A program made the position numbers and the translations under genes. Positions 34,741-45,099 of a DNA stretch of 64,000 nucleotides are shown here, in pieces. The notes under the pieces are model-generated. The model made no database searches. It worked only from the letters and a program-made list of their open reading frames with translations, and was not told where the DNA came from. Position 1 is the first letter of the stretch, and every line of letters begins with the position of its first letter. Source of the DNA: Alloascoidea hylecoeti (lineage: Eukaryota); contig BCKZ01000011.1 of assembly GCA_001600815.1 (NCBI GenBank), forward strand, positions 703,224-767,223. Direction: 5' to 3'.

Positions 34741-36095
34741 CTATGATTGTTATTGGTTGTAATGTAACAGTAATATATAAAAGAAAACAACAAATTGCTG
34801 AAAATCGGATTCTTATATTTTTATACTTTTATATTAAAGAATTTCTTTTATTTTTTATGCATTGAATATTTTGATATCTCATTGTTTGAATTTCAGTTTG
34901 TATGTAATAGTATACATTTTGTATCATTATACAACGTGAGTGATAGCTCAATCAATAAACAATGAGAAATTAAAGTATGCGAAAGTATGTGAAGTATTTT
35001 CAGAATATGGCCAAATACATAAATTTGGGTCTTTTTGACTTTCTCCAACTTTCCGCTGCTGTAGATTACACACCGGTTATAATTGGAAAGAAAGAGGAAG
35101 AATCGAGAGTTTATATTGTGTTGTTAAACATATATTGTTTTACCTTAGTGTTGCGATAGTTATCGTTTTGTCCTTAATGTGTCACGATTGTTTAGTATTC
35201 CCGGTGAAGCTAATTAATTCATGTATTTATATTACTTTAATTATTTACATTATTCTTTATACGACGACTTTCGTATCTCTTATTAGACTATAAAAATCAA
35301 CACATGTTTGGGATTTCCATCTCTTAATATAGGCCACATTTTGAACCAAATATTCCCCCATATTGTGCCGGCTTCAACAACGAAATTTGCAGAACTAACG
35401 GAAACAGCACAACAGTAAGTTGGGCACCAGCAGATGTGAATTCCACTAGAGTAGAAGGAAAGCAATGTGTGGCCCAATATTTAGTCATCATCTGGCCAAC
35501 GTTAACTATTAAGTATAGAAAAGTTGACCCAATATTAAGCCCACCACGTAGCCTACATTAACTGGAAACACTGTTCAAGAGATTAAATTTAAACCAATAT
35601 ATTTCTATTGTGATATAAAATATAAACCATGCTACCAGAAACCGTCCCCACGCTATATTGATCAAGGAAACTTCGAGAAATATGATTTGATTATCATATG
35701 TAGCTTACGAAAAAGTATCTGAGCAGGAGCAGAATTTCTATGATTGCTGGAAATTACATTGATATTGTAGGAAATGAGAATGCTACCTTCCAACTTCCAA
35801 TGGGCCTTTGAAAATAAATTTTGGTGATATATTTTTGGAATTTAATGTCATTCAATCCACTAAAAACTCACCAAAACTGTTAATCACTAGTGCTAATTTA
35901 TGATGTTTTTTCACTTGGTTTATTCGGATTAGCAGAGCCACATGTAAATATTAATATGTAGGTTACAAGTAGCTGGAAAAAAAAGTCTCGAATGATAGTT
36001 TTATTATGTTAATTAGTATGTTAAATATTTATATAATAATGAAATTGGATATATATGTAATGTTATGAATATATGTATAACTGGGTTTTAATGAC

Positions 36096-39000
36096 TTAAG
36101 ACTCCTCATCTCTTGAATGTGTTTCTGTTTGAACGCTCTTCGTGTCTTTACTCTCTTCAGACTTTGATAAATCTTTTATAGAATTTGATTTCCATACTTT
36201 AACCCTCAGAAGGTAATACATGCCTAACATTGCGAAGACATTGAAGATAATATAAACCCAAATGAAACCAAAGTTTCTCCATCTATATTTCCATTTTATA
36301 TTGAATGTTTCCATTACTGTTTCCTGTGATGTAAATGGGCAATAATGACAAGAATTAACAGCATTTGGATTTTGAAGGTAACCTCCATGAGTAGAAATAT
36401 AAGGATCCAAATATTCACTACAACTTTGACCTGTTGGTGGGGTTAAAACATTAAATTCTGATTGCTCACACTTCAAATATCGATCATGAATAATGGGAGA
36501 GATTAATGACTGCACAAAATATGTGAAAGGTGAAACTTTATACATAAATGACCAAAATTTTGGCAGCAGACTATAAGGTTGAATAATACCGCAAAATAAC
36601 ATCAACATTGGGAAAAGCATAGATGTTATGATAGAGGCTGAAGGAACGTTTGGAGAAAAATAAATAATGGCCAGACCAAATGTTACGTAAAATAATGGCA
36701 TCATTATCACAAAAATCAAAAAGAAGTATCCGCATTCAGCAGCGCTACCATTGAATTTTGCTGGCCAGTAGAAACAACAGAAAGAAAAAAATTGTCCTAG
36801 CCAACTCCACAATATTTCCCAAAGAGTTTGTGAAAGTAGTAATGCAGACCAATGAAATGTGTTGGAAGCAGATTCACGAACTTCAAAGAGTTCTCTTGAG
36901 GGAAAAGCAAAAATATGCATTTGATTAATAAGTGCTAGAGCAATAATCAGCATCATGAAAATAGATAACAATGGTTGAGAAGCAGCACCATACGAATGAT
37001 TAACATTAAAAAATGAGAATCCAACAAATAGAGAACATATAATTGAAACAAAGAATTTTGCAGCAATATAAATTGGAGATCTCCAGAATTGAGTACCAGT
37101 TCTTCTAAAAACACAATAGAATTGGGTTAGCCAATTAGATGCAAATTTACTCTTAAGTAGTTCATCATCATCCATTGATTTTTTATCTGAGGCCAAATCC
37201 TTATTAAGTTTTGCAATATCTGCAGTTGTTTGAGCATATTCAGGAGAATTTACCCATAAGTCATTCCAATCACTATTTGCATGCGCAGTGGCTCCAGCAC
37301 CAATTCTATTAAGGATATATTCCGCTGGATTTTCTGATTTTTCACACTTTATCCCTGATTGTCTTTCAAAATATGAAAGCATTGTAGATGAATTTGGACC
37401 TATATCACCAAAATATACAGTTTTACCACCCTTCTTCAATAATAATAAACGATCGAAAACTTCAAAAAGAGTTGCAGAAGGTTGATGGATTGTGCATAAA
37501 ATTGCTTGCCCAGAATCCGCTAATGCCCTCAAAAATTGAATAATAGACCACGCTGATTGTGAATCCAAACCAGAGGTTGGTTCATCAAGAAATAATAGTA
37601 GGGAGGGCTTGGCAACAAGTTCAACACCAATTGAAAGCTTTTTTCTCTGTTCAACATTCAAGCCACGTCCAGTCTTACCAATAATAGCTTCGGCATAATC
37701 TTGCATACCAAGTAAACTAATAATCTTTTCGACGTATTCATGTTTTTCTTTGATAGGAATGTTTGCAGGTTGACGAAGTTCAGCTGCAAAACGAAGAGCT
37801 TCTCTCACTGAAGATTCGGCCAAATGAAGATCTTGTTGTTGAACATAACCAGTACGTCTCTGGAAAGAAGAATCAATTGCATGGCCATTGACAAGCATAT
37901 CACCGGTGATAACACCAAAATTTATACGTTGAGATAAAACATTAAGCAAAGTAGTTTTGCCTGCTCCAGATTCACCCATCAGAGCAGTCATAGTTCCAGG
38001 TTTAACATAACCTTGAATATTATCAAGTAATTGCCTTGTAGCGCCTTCGTAAGGAATCAAATAGTCAACATTCTGCCATGAAAATGTTTCTTTTTCATCA
38101 ATAAGTTTCTTTAAGTCAACGTCAGCTCCATTTAACAATTTTATCATCTCATCACGAGAACCCACACCATTATCGTGAACTTCTCCATCTGTATTTGGCA
38201 TATGCCCTCTTTTGAAAAGTAACATATCTCCACCACTCTGAACGGATTTAACAAATTCGGATATAATAACATTGATAATCATGAAGCCAATTGTAAAAGC
38301 CATGTTAATTCCAAAGTTTCTCCAAACATGACTCCATTCATAATTGTAACTTGCTTTAATATAATTATCACCGCTTACTATGTAACGCCCGGGAAGGCTA
38401 CCAGAAAACGCACAAACCTGATTTTCAATCGGGACGTTTTCATAACCAGGGCCAGTGGGGACAATCTGCTGACAAAGCATTTCTCTATGGTGAAACTCAG
38501 AACCGATTAACATTTCCAGTGCATATCTCATTGGGTTCAAATAATTGATCCATTTTGCCCAATGATGCATTTGGGGTAAAGGAAGAACAAACCCAGTGTA
38601 AATACATAAAAGCAGAACAATTAAACCGGCCAGTGCAAAAGCGGACTCACCTGATTTCGATACATTTGCAACAATTTTAAACAAGAAGGACATACATTGA
38701 TTTATTTGTAGTAGAAACAAAAGATACATGAAAAATCCCCCCGCAGTACGTTTTAAATTTGCCAACCAATAAGTCGAAAGAGCCAAAATTATAACTGCAA
38801 TAAATTTAGAAGGGAATTCTGTAATAATTTCTTGTAGAGCTTCAGCGGATTGATGATACATAGAGTAACTCTTCTGCTTCAAAATAATGGGACGATAAGC
38901 AAATGAGTGAGAAATTTCCGCTAAGGATGTAGCCGCTGAAAAAAAGAGACAATAAAACAAAATTCCAGCTCGGGAGTAAGCACCTGTTGTGGTTTGAGGG

Positions 39001-40553
39001 ATATTCCAAAAACACGAACCAATAATCAAGCCTTTAATAATAAATGTGCACATATAAATGAATAAATAAGAAATTTCACCTTTTTGTCTTTGGAAACCTC
39101 TAGTCATCAAGTGCTTAACTTGCGAAGGATAAGAAACAACAAATTTCGATTTCTCACGCTGGAATTTTTCTTTTCTTTGAACAGTAACACTGTCTAGTCT
39201 AACCTTTGTTTCCTCATAAGAATGTATTTTTGAATATTCATTATGCTCATCAATAACTTCCTGATAATCCGGGGATTGGAGCCAGTATTGCTCAAATTGG
39301 TCTGCTGTTTTTGGAACCTTTTCTTCCATACCTTCTATTGGAGTTCTTCCATTTGGATCAGTAACTGAAGTCAGAAATTCGGGGGTGGTCATTCTTGGAG
39401 GGCATTTCCAACCCATCTTCTCAAAATAAGCCTTAGCCTTTATTGCAGGGCCAAAATAGATCTGTCTTCCAAGGTAGAGAACTGTGACTTTATCAAAAAG
39501 ATCATAAATATTTTCTCCCGCCTGATAAATAGCAACAATGGCAGAGTTATTTAATAAATTTGTGGCAGTACGAATAGCTTGGGTAAATTCTAAGGCAGTA
39601 GAAGCATCAAGACCCCTAGTAGCATTATCCCAAGCGTAAATTGAAGCATTACAGGCTAAAGCCTCAACAATTGAAACTCTCTTTCTTTCACCACCTGAAA
39701 CACCACGAACAAAATCATTTCCCACCTTAGTATTATACGTATGCCTGAGGCCAAAAACTGTACACCACAAATCTCTCATAGTAGTAATATACTCTTCGCG
39801 TGATAAACCATCGATTCTTTTTGCCGGAGTTTTCACTTTTATCGCAAAATCAATAGTGTCCTTAACCTTTAAATGTGGGAAATGAGTGTCCAATTCCGGA
39901 TTATACACAACATAGCCCTTAAATTTTTCCATCATTTGTTTTTGATTTAGACCATCATATGAAAATTCACCCTCAGTAGAATAAAGTTCCGATACTTCAC
40001 CAGAACAACATTTTAAAAACGTTGAGCAACCTGAACCAGGTCTTCCAATAACTAGACACATTTCACCCGTTTTGACTACACCTGTTACATTTTGTATAAT
40101 ATTTCTAATAGGTTTCGTATTCTTCTGGAAGAGTCTTAGTGGTGCTGATAACAAATTTCTCGCCAATTCCTCAACCGATGGCCCATATGCAGCTGAAACG
40201 TCTATACCCTTGGCTGTAACATTTTTAAAAGCGATGCCAGCCGCACTATCTTCAATTCCCTGTTCCATTCCTTTTGCATTCAAATAATGAAGTAGTACTT
40301 TCAAATCAAAATCTTCTGGATCAACTTGAAAGCGGCCTTGAGATGCTACTCGCTTTGATAGAGTTCGAGCAAGCGACTGTATTCTTTCTATTCCTTTAGG
40401 GTCACTCAAAACTGTCCGAAGATGCTCTGAATAAATATCATCTTCATTATTGTTTTCAAGATCTTGGTTACCTGAAGAAATTCCCTTTTCTGGATTGTAG
40501 GACTGAACTACGTCGTCCTTCTTGTCCGAAGTAGAAGAAGATGATGAGGACAT
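36096..40553 (-). CDS. Second full-size PDR/ABCG transporter, PDR12-like paralogue
   Basis: Collinear with 4396..8904 (YSEHLRTVLSDP, GRPGSGCST, VSGGERKRVSIVEALAC, GESGAGKTTLLNVLSQR) but with divergent TMDs and C-terminus. Confidence 0.9.
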   Translation of the reverse strand: MSSSSSSTSDKKDDVVQSYNPEKGISSGNQDLENNNEDDIYSEHLRTVLSDPKGIERIQSLARTLSKRVASQGRFQVDPEDFDLKVLLHYLNAKGMEQGIEDSAAGIAFKNVTAKGIDVSAAYGPSVEELARNLLSAPLRLFQKNTKPIRNIIQNVTGVVKTGEMCLVIGRPGSGCSTFLKCCSGEVSELYSTEGEFSYDGLNQKQMMEKFKGYVVYNPELDTHFPHLKVKDTIDFAIKVKTPAKRIDGLSREEYITTMRDLWCTVFGLRHTYNTKVGNDFVRGVSGGERKRVSIVEALACNASIYAWDNATRGLDASTALEFTQAIRTATNLLNNSAIVAIYQAGENIYDLFDKVTVLYLGRQIYFGPAIKAKAYFEKMGWKCPPRMTTPEFLTSVTDPNGRTPIEGMEEKVPKTADQFEQYWLQSPDYQEVIDEHNEYSKIHSYEETKVRLDSVTVQRKEKFQREKSKFVVSYPSQVKHLMTRGFQRQKGEISYLFIYMCTFIIKGLIIGSCFWNIPQTTTGAYSRAGILFYCLFFSAATSLAEISHSFAYRPIILKQKSYSMYHQSAEALQEIITEFPSKFIAVIILALSTYWLANLKRTAGGFFMYLLFLLQINQCMSFLFKIVANVSKSGESAFALAGLIVLLLCIYTGFVLPLPQMHHWAKWINYLNPMRYALEMLIGSEFHHREMLCQQIVPTGPGYENVPIENQVCAFSGSLPGRYIVSGDNYIKASYNYEWSHVWRNFGINMAFTIGFMIINVIISEFVKSVQSGGDMLLFKRGHMPNTDGEVHDNGVGSRDEMIKLLNGADVDLKKLIDEKETFSWQNVDYLIPYEGATRQLLDNIQGYVKPGTMTALMGESGAGKTTLLNVLSQRINFGVITGDMLVNGHAIDSSFQRRTGYVQQQDLHLAESSVREALRFAAELRQPANIPIKEKHEYVEKIISLLGMQDYAEAIIGKTGRGLNVEQRKKLSIGVELVAKPSLLLFLDEPTSGLDSQSAWSIIQFLRALADSGQAILCTIHQPSATLFEVFDRLLLLKKGGKTVYFGDIGPNSSTMLSYFERQSGIKCEKSENPAEYILNRIGAGATAHANSDWNDLWVNSPEYAQTTADIAKLNKDLASDKKSMDDDELLKSKFASNWLTQFYCVFRRTGTQFWRSPIYIAAKFFVSIICSLFVGFSFFNVNHSYGAASQPLLSIFMMLIIALALINQMHIFAFPSRELFEVRESASNTFHWSALLLSQTLWEILWSWLGQFFSFCCFYWPAKFNGSAAECGYFFLIFVIMMPLFYVTFGLAIIYFSPNVPSASIITSMLFPMLMLFCGIIQPYSLLPKFWSFMYKVSPFTYFVQSLISPIIHDRYLKCEQSEFNVLTPPTGQSCSEYLDPYISTHGGYLQNPNAVNSCHYCPFTSQETVMETFNIKWKYRWRNFGFIWVYIIFNVFAMLGMYYLLRVKVWKSNSIKDLSKSEESKDTKSVQTETHSRDEES

Positions 40554-42529
40554 TATAGTTGCTTTAAAAGATGCTTATGTTAAAACTAATACTTTGAATG
40601 AGTATTTAAATTATATATAAGCATACCATATAATCAACCTTAAGCTTTGTTTGAAATAACGGCGAACTAGAAGTGGAAAATACTAAGAGGCCCCCACTCT
40701 TATATTTATTCACCTTTTCAAAATGCAGAGAATGCAATAATATGTCATATATCTTCTTTGGGTTGATGATTGCATAATTACAGCTGATCGTGTATGAGCT
40801 GAACAGATATTTCCTCAAAACTTTTATCAGCTGCAGGGTTTAAGGTGGCTCTTTGCAACAACTGCAGGTTGAGGCATGTTGATTTTGAAGTTGTGCAGTG
40901 TTCAACCACATTTAAAATACGGTCAAAAATACGCTCACCTAAATCTGTTGTATCGAGCATTAGTATATGGGGGTATCGATGCAATAATTAGGTATATCTT
41001 ATCAAAGGTATGTCTTGATTTCAGATCAACCTTGTTGTGCTTCGTAAGGATTAATTTTTATTACCAATTACTGGCAAAAAATTAGGTTATGTTTCATAGG
41101 ACTGCAACAGAGATCAATAGTAGCTACTAGCTAGACCATATATGACGTTATCTTAAATTTCAATTTATTTATTCCCTCAAAAAGGCTGTAACAAAGATTT
41201 ATCTCAAAACAGCATTGATTAACTTTTTTTGCAATTGGATCTTGGCTGGAGATATCGTTAGCTGATCATTATGTCTATATATTATGATTACACTACAGAT
41301 AATTATTGCAAACTATTGGCTGAATTCGCGACTGATTAACCAATACAATTTCTGTTTTTTGATTTATAATATTAAACTTCAAATATCCATCATTGTAGTG
41401 TAAACTCCATTATTGCAATTGTGTTATAAGTTAGGCTTCTATCATTGGAGGACAATTGACATTATTATTAAAATTACCAAGTAAGTATGTTACATCTCAA
41501 GGTTTTTTTTTATATTATGACCTTCTAACTTTAATTTAACGAAACACACATGTGACAAAGCAGAAGTTTTATATCAGTATATCAATAATTTATAAGCATA
41601 GTGCTTATTGTTATAATTATACCAGAATCAAAGGGGATCAATATTTACACTTATAAAGGAATTTATGATTAGTTAATATTAAATGGAAAATTTCATTACG
41701 CAGCGCATTAAAGTTATGATCTTATATATGTATGTAGCTAGTATCTTGGCTTTATATTATAAACTTTACGTTTTCATAATGCATATAAATGCACCAGCCG
41801 TTGTGATGATATAATCACTGGATTAGTAAATGTCAGCTTTTTATTAACTATTTTTTTCATATCAGAATAAGAGTGTTCTTTTAGTCTACTAGCAAGTTTC
41901 AGCAACCGCTGTAAATTAACATAGAAGTTTTTTTTTTTTTTTGATGTCAAGTGAGATATCACTCAAAAAAATCAAAAATAACTAATACAAAAAGATAATG
42001 TTCATTAAATATAATGTTATTTAGAAAGCATGAAAGTTATGCTAATTATATAGGTATATACATTATATACCATATGACATATACCTTATACGTATATGTT
42101 ATATATCGTATTATGGTCGTATGCAGAAAATAGTATATGTATTATGTAGACCGTAGTAAAAGATATGTGGGCATAAGAGTAGAACCCCTAGACCAAGTTT
42201 TTACACTTCTCCAAAACGTATGACCTGTAGTCTTTTTCACTACTCCACAATTACCAGCAATCGTAGTCTAAAACATCACTCAGAGCTTTTGAATCAACTT
42301 GCCACCAAGAGTCAAGAAAATGAGAATACTAAAAGCTATGACGAGAACCCATCTTGAGCTCAATATCAATCAGACAGATTGCAAGCGATGCCAGGTTGAC
42401 CCGTTCAACTCTCGTAGATGGAATCAATTGTAAACAATCTGCATCAGCCGCTAAAGAAGTATACTAAACTTTGACAAACACTAAAGAGAATTGACTAACT
42501 TATGTGCTACTTTATTACGTAAAAACGAA

Positions 42530-43440
42530 GGGGTGGTGGTCCACCAAAAACTGTTTTTTTGTTTCTTAGATCAGTTGTTAACTGAAGATATTCAAGGCAT
42601 GATGAGCAGTTCAACCATTTTTTTTGTTGCCAAGTACCTTTTTTTTGGACGGACGCCCTCTCCAAAAACAAAACCATCTTTTTAAATATACCATAATTAT
42701 AAAGAGCCCTAGATTTACTTTTAGCGATATCACACATAATTCTAATTTTAATTGTAATTATAAAAAGAAATTTCAACTAACTAAGGAAGTTAAAGTATGT
42801 AATCTGAATAAACACGTACTTTCTCAATTGCTGAAATAGCCAGAAGGCTTAATAATGCACCTTCAACTGTGCCATTCACTGCAAAGAAATACGCCAACAA
42901 CTTTTCTAGTATATCACCTCCTCGAAAAAAAGAGCCTAAAGGATTTTCTGAAAGGGCAGTGAATCAAATTCTAAAACCTTCTCCCCAGAATACGTTTGAC
43001 GAACTGGCATCAAAGCTCAACCTAAGAATATCAAAGATTATCTAAGAACCCTTGCGTAAAAGTATGAATATGGAATGTTTCGGCATGTAAAAGCCATTTT
43101 TCTGAATAATAATAACCAACGGAACATATTGATACTACTTTAATCAATATTTGGGATGGTATTGTATTCAGTGAGAAATGTTTGGTCGTTATAGATGTGG
43201 AATCTCCTCATGAAAGTTTACCACATGGCAGGATCATGAGCCTTCCATATGCTGTAAAGATGAAGAAAGACCTAATGCTTATGTTTCTTTCAAAATACTG
43301 AGACCTCATGGATTTACAGGATAACATTAATAATTTGGTTGACCCCAAGACTCTCGGCAGCCGCCTAAGTAGTGCACAAAATTGGCACGAATTGCTTCAT
43401 TATCCGTTTCCGATTTCATGTTGAATTTTGCACCACTATT
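42530..43440 (+). mobile_element. Decayed Tc1/mariner DNA transposon with an internally deleted transposase pseudogene
   Basis: From 42821: FSIAEIARRLNNAPSTVPFTAKKY...PPRKKEPKGFSERAV...PQNTFDELASKLNLRISK..*..LRK...*KPF (two HTH-like blocks and a GRP-like linker). A frameshifted WDGIVFSE follows (43152-43175; W..V.FSDE motif), then a C-terminal INNLVD..RL. A putative right TIR TTTTGCACCACTA lies at 43426-43438. The left boundary is uncertain. Confidence 0.75.
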
Positions 43441-43728
43441 TAGTACTTAATTAGGCTCCACTTAATCTTTAACTTGAAAAAAGAACTATATTTTAATTAC
43501 TATCATAATATATAAAATATATACCCAACATATCTTTTCTCATAACGGTCTAATACAGTGTCATAGCTTTACTTTATAAGAAGCTTCAAAAATACAAAAT
43601 GCGACAACTTCTAATGATCTCAATAAGCTTGCGAAGATTTATAATTATGAGAAAATATTCATTAAGTTTCACTGGTAAAAAAATTGTAAAATTCGAATTC
43701 TGATTTTAATCACAAGAAATGTATCTAG

Positions 43729-45099
43729 TTAATGAGTTACATGAAGGAATAATGTAATACTTAAACAAACAGTCATGACTAAGACACCCCAAACGATAAG
43801 TCCTAAAGCGCCATACTTCATACATTTCATTTTCCAACTCATCTTTTCGCCATCCTGTAACTCAGATCCGATGAGTGTGTATCCAAATATTCCTGGTAAA
43901 ATAAATGAGATAGAAGTAGATCCAGTTGATCCTACAATACCGAGAACCTTTTCAAGAGATGATACGGAGATGGCTATTAAATAAGAGACAATAACGATAG
44001 ATGTAGTAATAACAACGAGATGCGAAGTAGGAAGAGGAATTATAGGTGATCCGTGATCTTCATTACTAATGTTTTGATATCTGTGTGTCATTGCGGGGAA
44101 TAAACTTTCAGACTCAGAATCAGTTGCAATGTTTGAATAAGCTGTTAGAGGATCGGTTTCTCTAGATTCAGGTTCTTCCTGCTGTTCTTTTCTAAGCTTA
44201 TACCAGTGAATTATGTTGTTGATAGAAGCTCTTGCGGGATGACATTGCAAAGGAAAACTAAGTGTCACTAGAACAACCATTGCGAGTCTTCCCATAGTAG
44301 TCCATGCATTAGACCGATATAAACTGATAATATTACCAGTGATGTTGCTGCCAAAAGATAAGTAGCCACTAAGCCCTACAACAATATATAAAGAACAGGC
44401 AATAGATAACGAGGTAATTAGAAATCTGAGAATTCTCTGTTGAGTTGGGTTATTTAATTCATTTGCAAATGTGAACATGTTCTGATGACAAGTATATGCA
44501 AATACAAAAATGGGGAAGGCGCTCAGCATCTCTCCAATAGATAATGGCTTAAGCGAGACCGGTCCTTTAAGTTCATGTGTGTCCCCCGATATAAAATGAT
44601 AAATCACGATAATTACCAAGTAACCCACAGATGTTAGGGCTATAAAAGAGGTATATTTAAGTGAGTCCATTTTTCTCAAATACGAAATAGGAGCAGCAAT
44701 TAAAAACATAAATAAAGTGATCCATAAATTACGTTCCATGAAAATTTCATGAGATAATCCCAAATATGAAACTATTTGTGGCATTAGATCGCCCACGATG
44801 ACCAAATAAGAGACCCCCACACCCACACATTTGACTGCGATTGCGACATCAAAGACAACTGCTATAGCAGGATAGCTAGCCTGAGCAAGAACAAAGAATG
44901 AAGCTTGACCCGATGGTGCGTACTGAGTACACCAGCCCTGAAGAGCCAAACCGAAAAAAGAAGTACAAGCTGACAATACTAATAGGAATAGACCGCAAGT
45001 GATGCCGTTAGCCTTGATAGCATACGGCATGGCTAGCATCCCGGCACCCATGATAGTATTCAGCAGGTTGATACAACTACTGGTTATCGTTGCCTTCAT
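43729..45099 (-). CDS. Vacuolar amino-acid transporter (AVT5/6/7 family, Aa_trans)
   Basis: SSCINLLNTIMGAGMLAMP, FDVAIAVKCVGVGVSYL, FPIFVFAYTCHQNMF, FPLQCHPARAS and VGSTGSTSISFILPG motifs; many TM segments. Confidence 0.9.
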   Translation of the reverse strand: MKATITSSCINLLNTIMGAGMLAMPYAIKANGITCGLFLLVLSACTSFFGLALQGWCTQYAPSGQASFFVLAQASYPAIAVVFDVAIAVKCVGVGVSYLVIVGDLMPQIVSYLGLSHEIFMERNLWITLFMFLIAAPISYLRKMDSLKYTSFIALTSVGYLVIIVIYHFISGDTHELKGPVSLKPLSIGEMLSAFPIFVFAYTCHQNMFTFANELNNPTQQRILRFLITSLSIACSLYIVVGLSGYLSFGSNITGNIISLYRSNAWTTMGRLAMVVLVTLSFPLQCHPARASINNIIHWYKLRKEQQEEPESRETDPLTAYSNIATDSESESLFPAMTHRYQNISNEDHGSPIIPLPTSHLVVITTSIVIVSYLIAISVSSLEKVLGIVGSTGSTSISFILPGIFGYTLIGSELQDGEKMSWKMKCMKYGALGLIVWGVLVMTVCLSITLFLHVTH

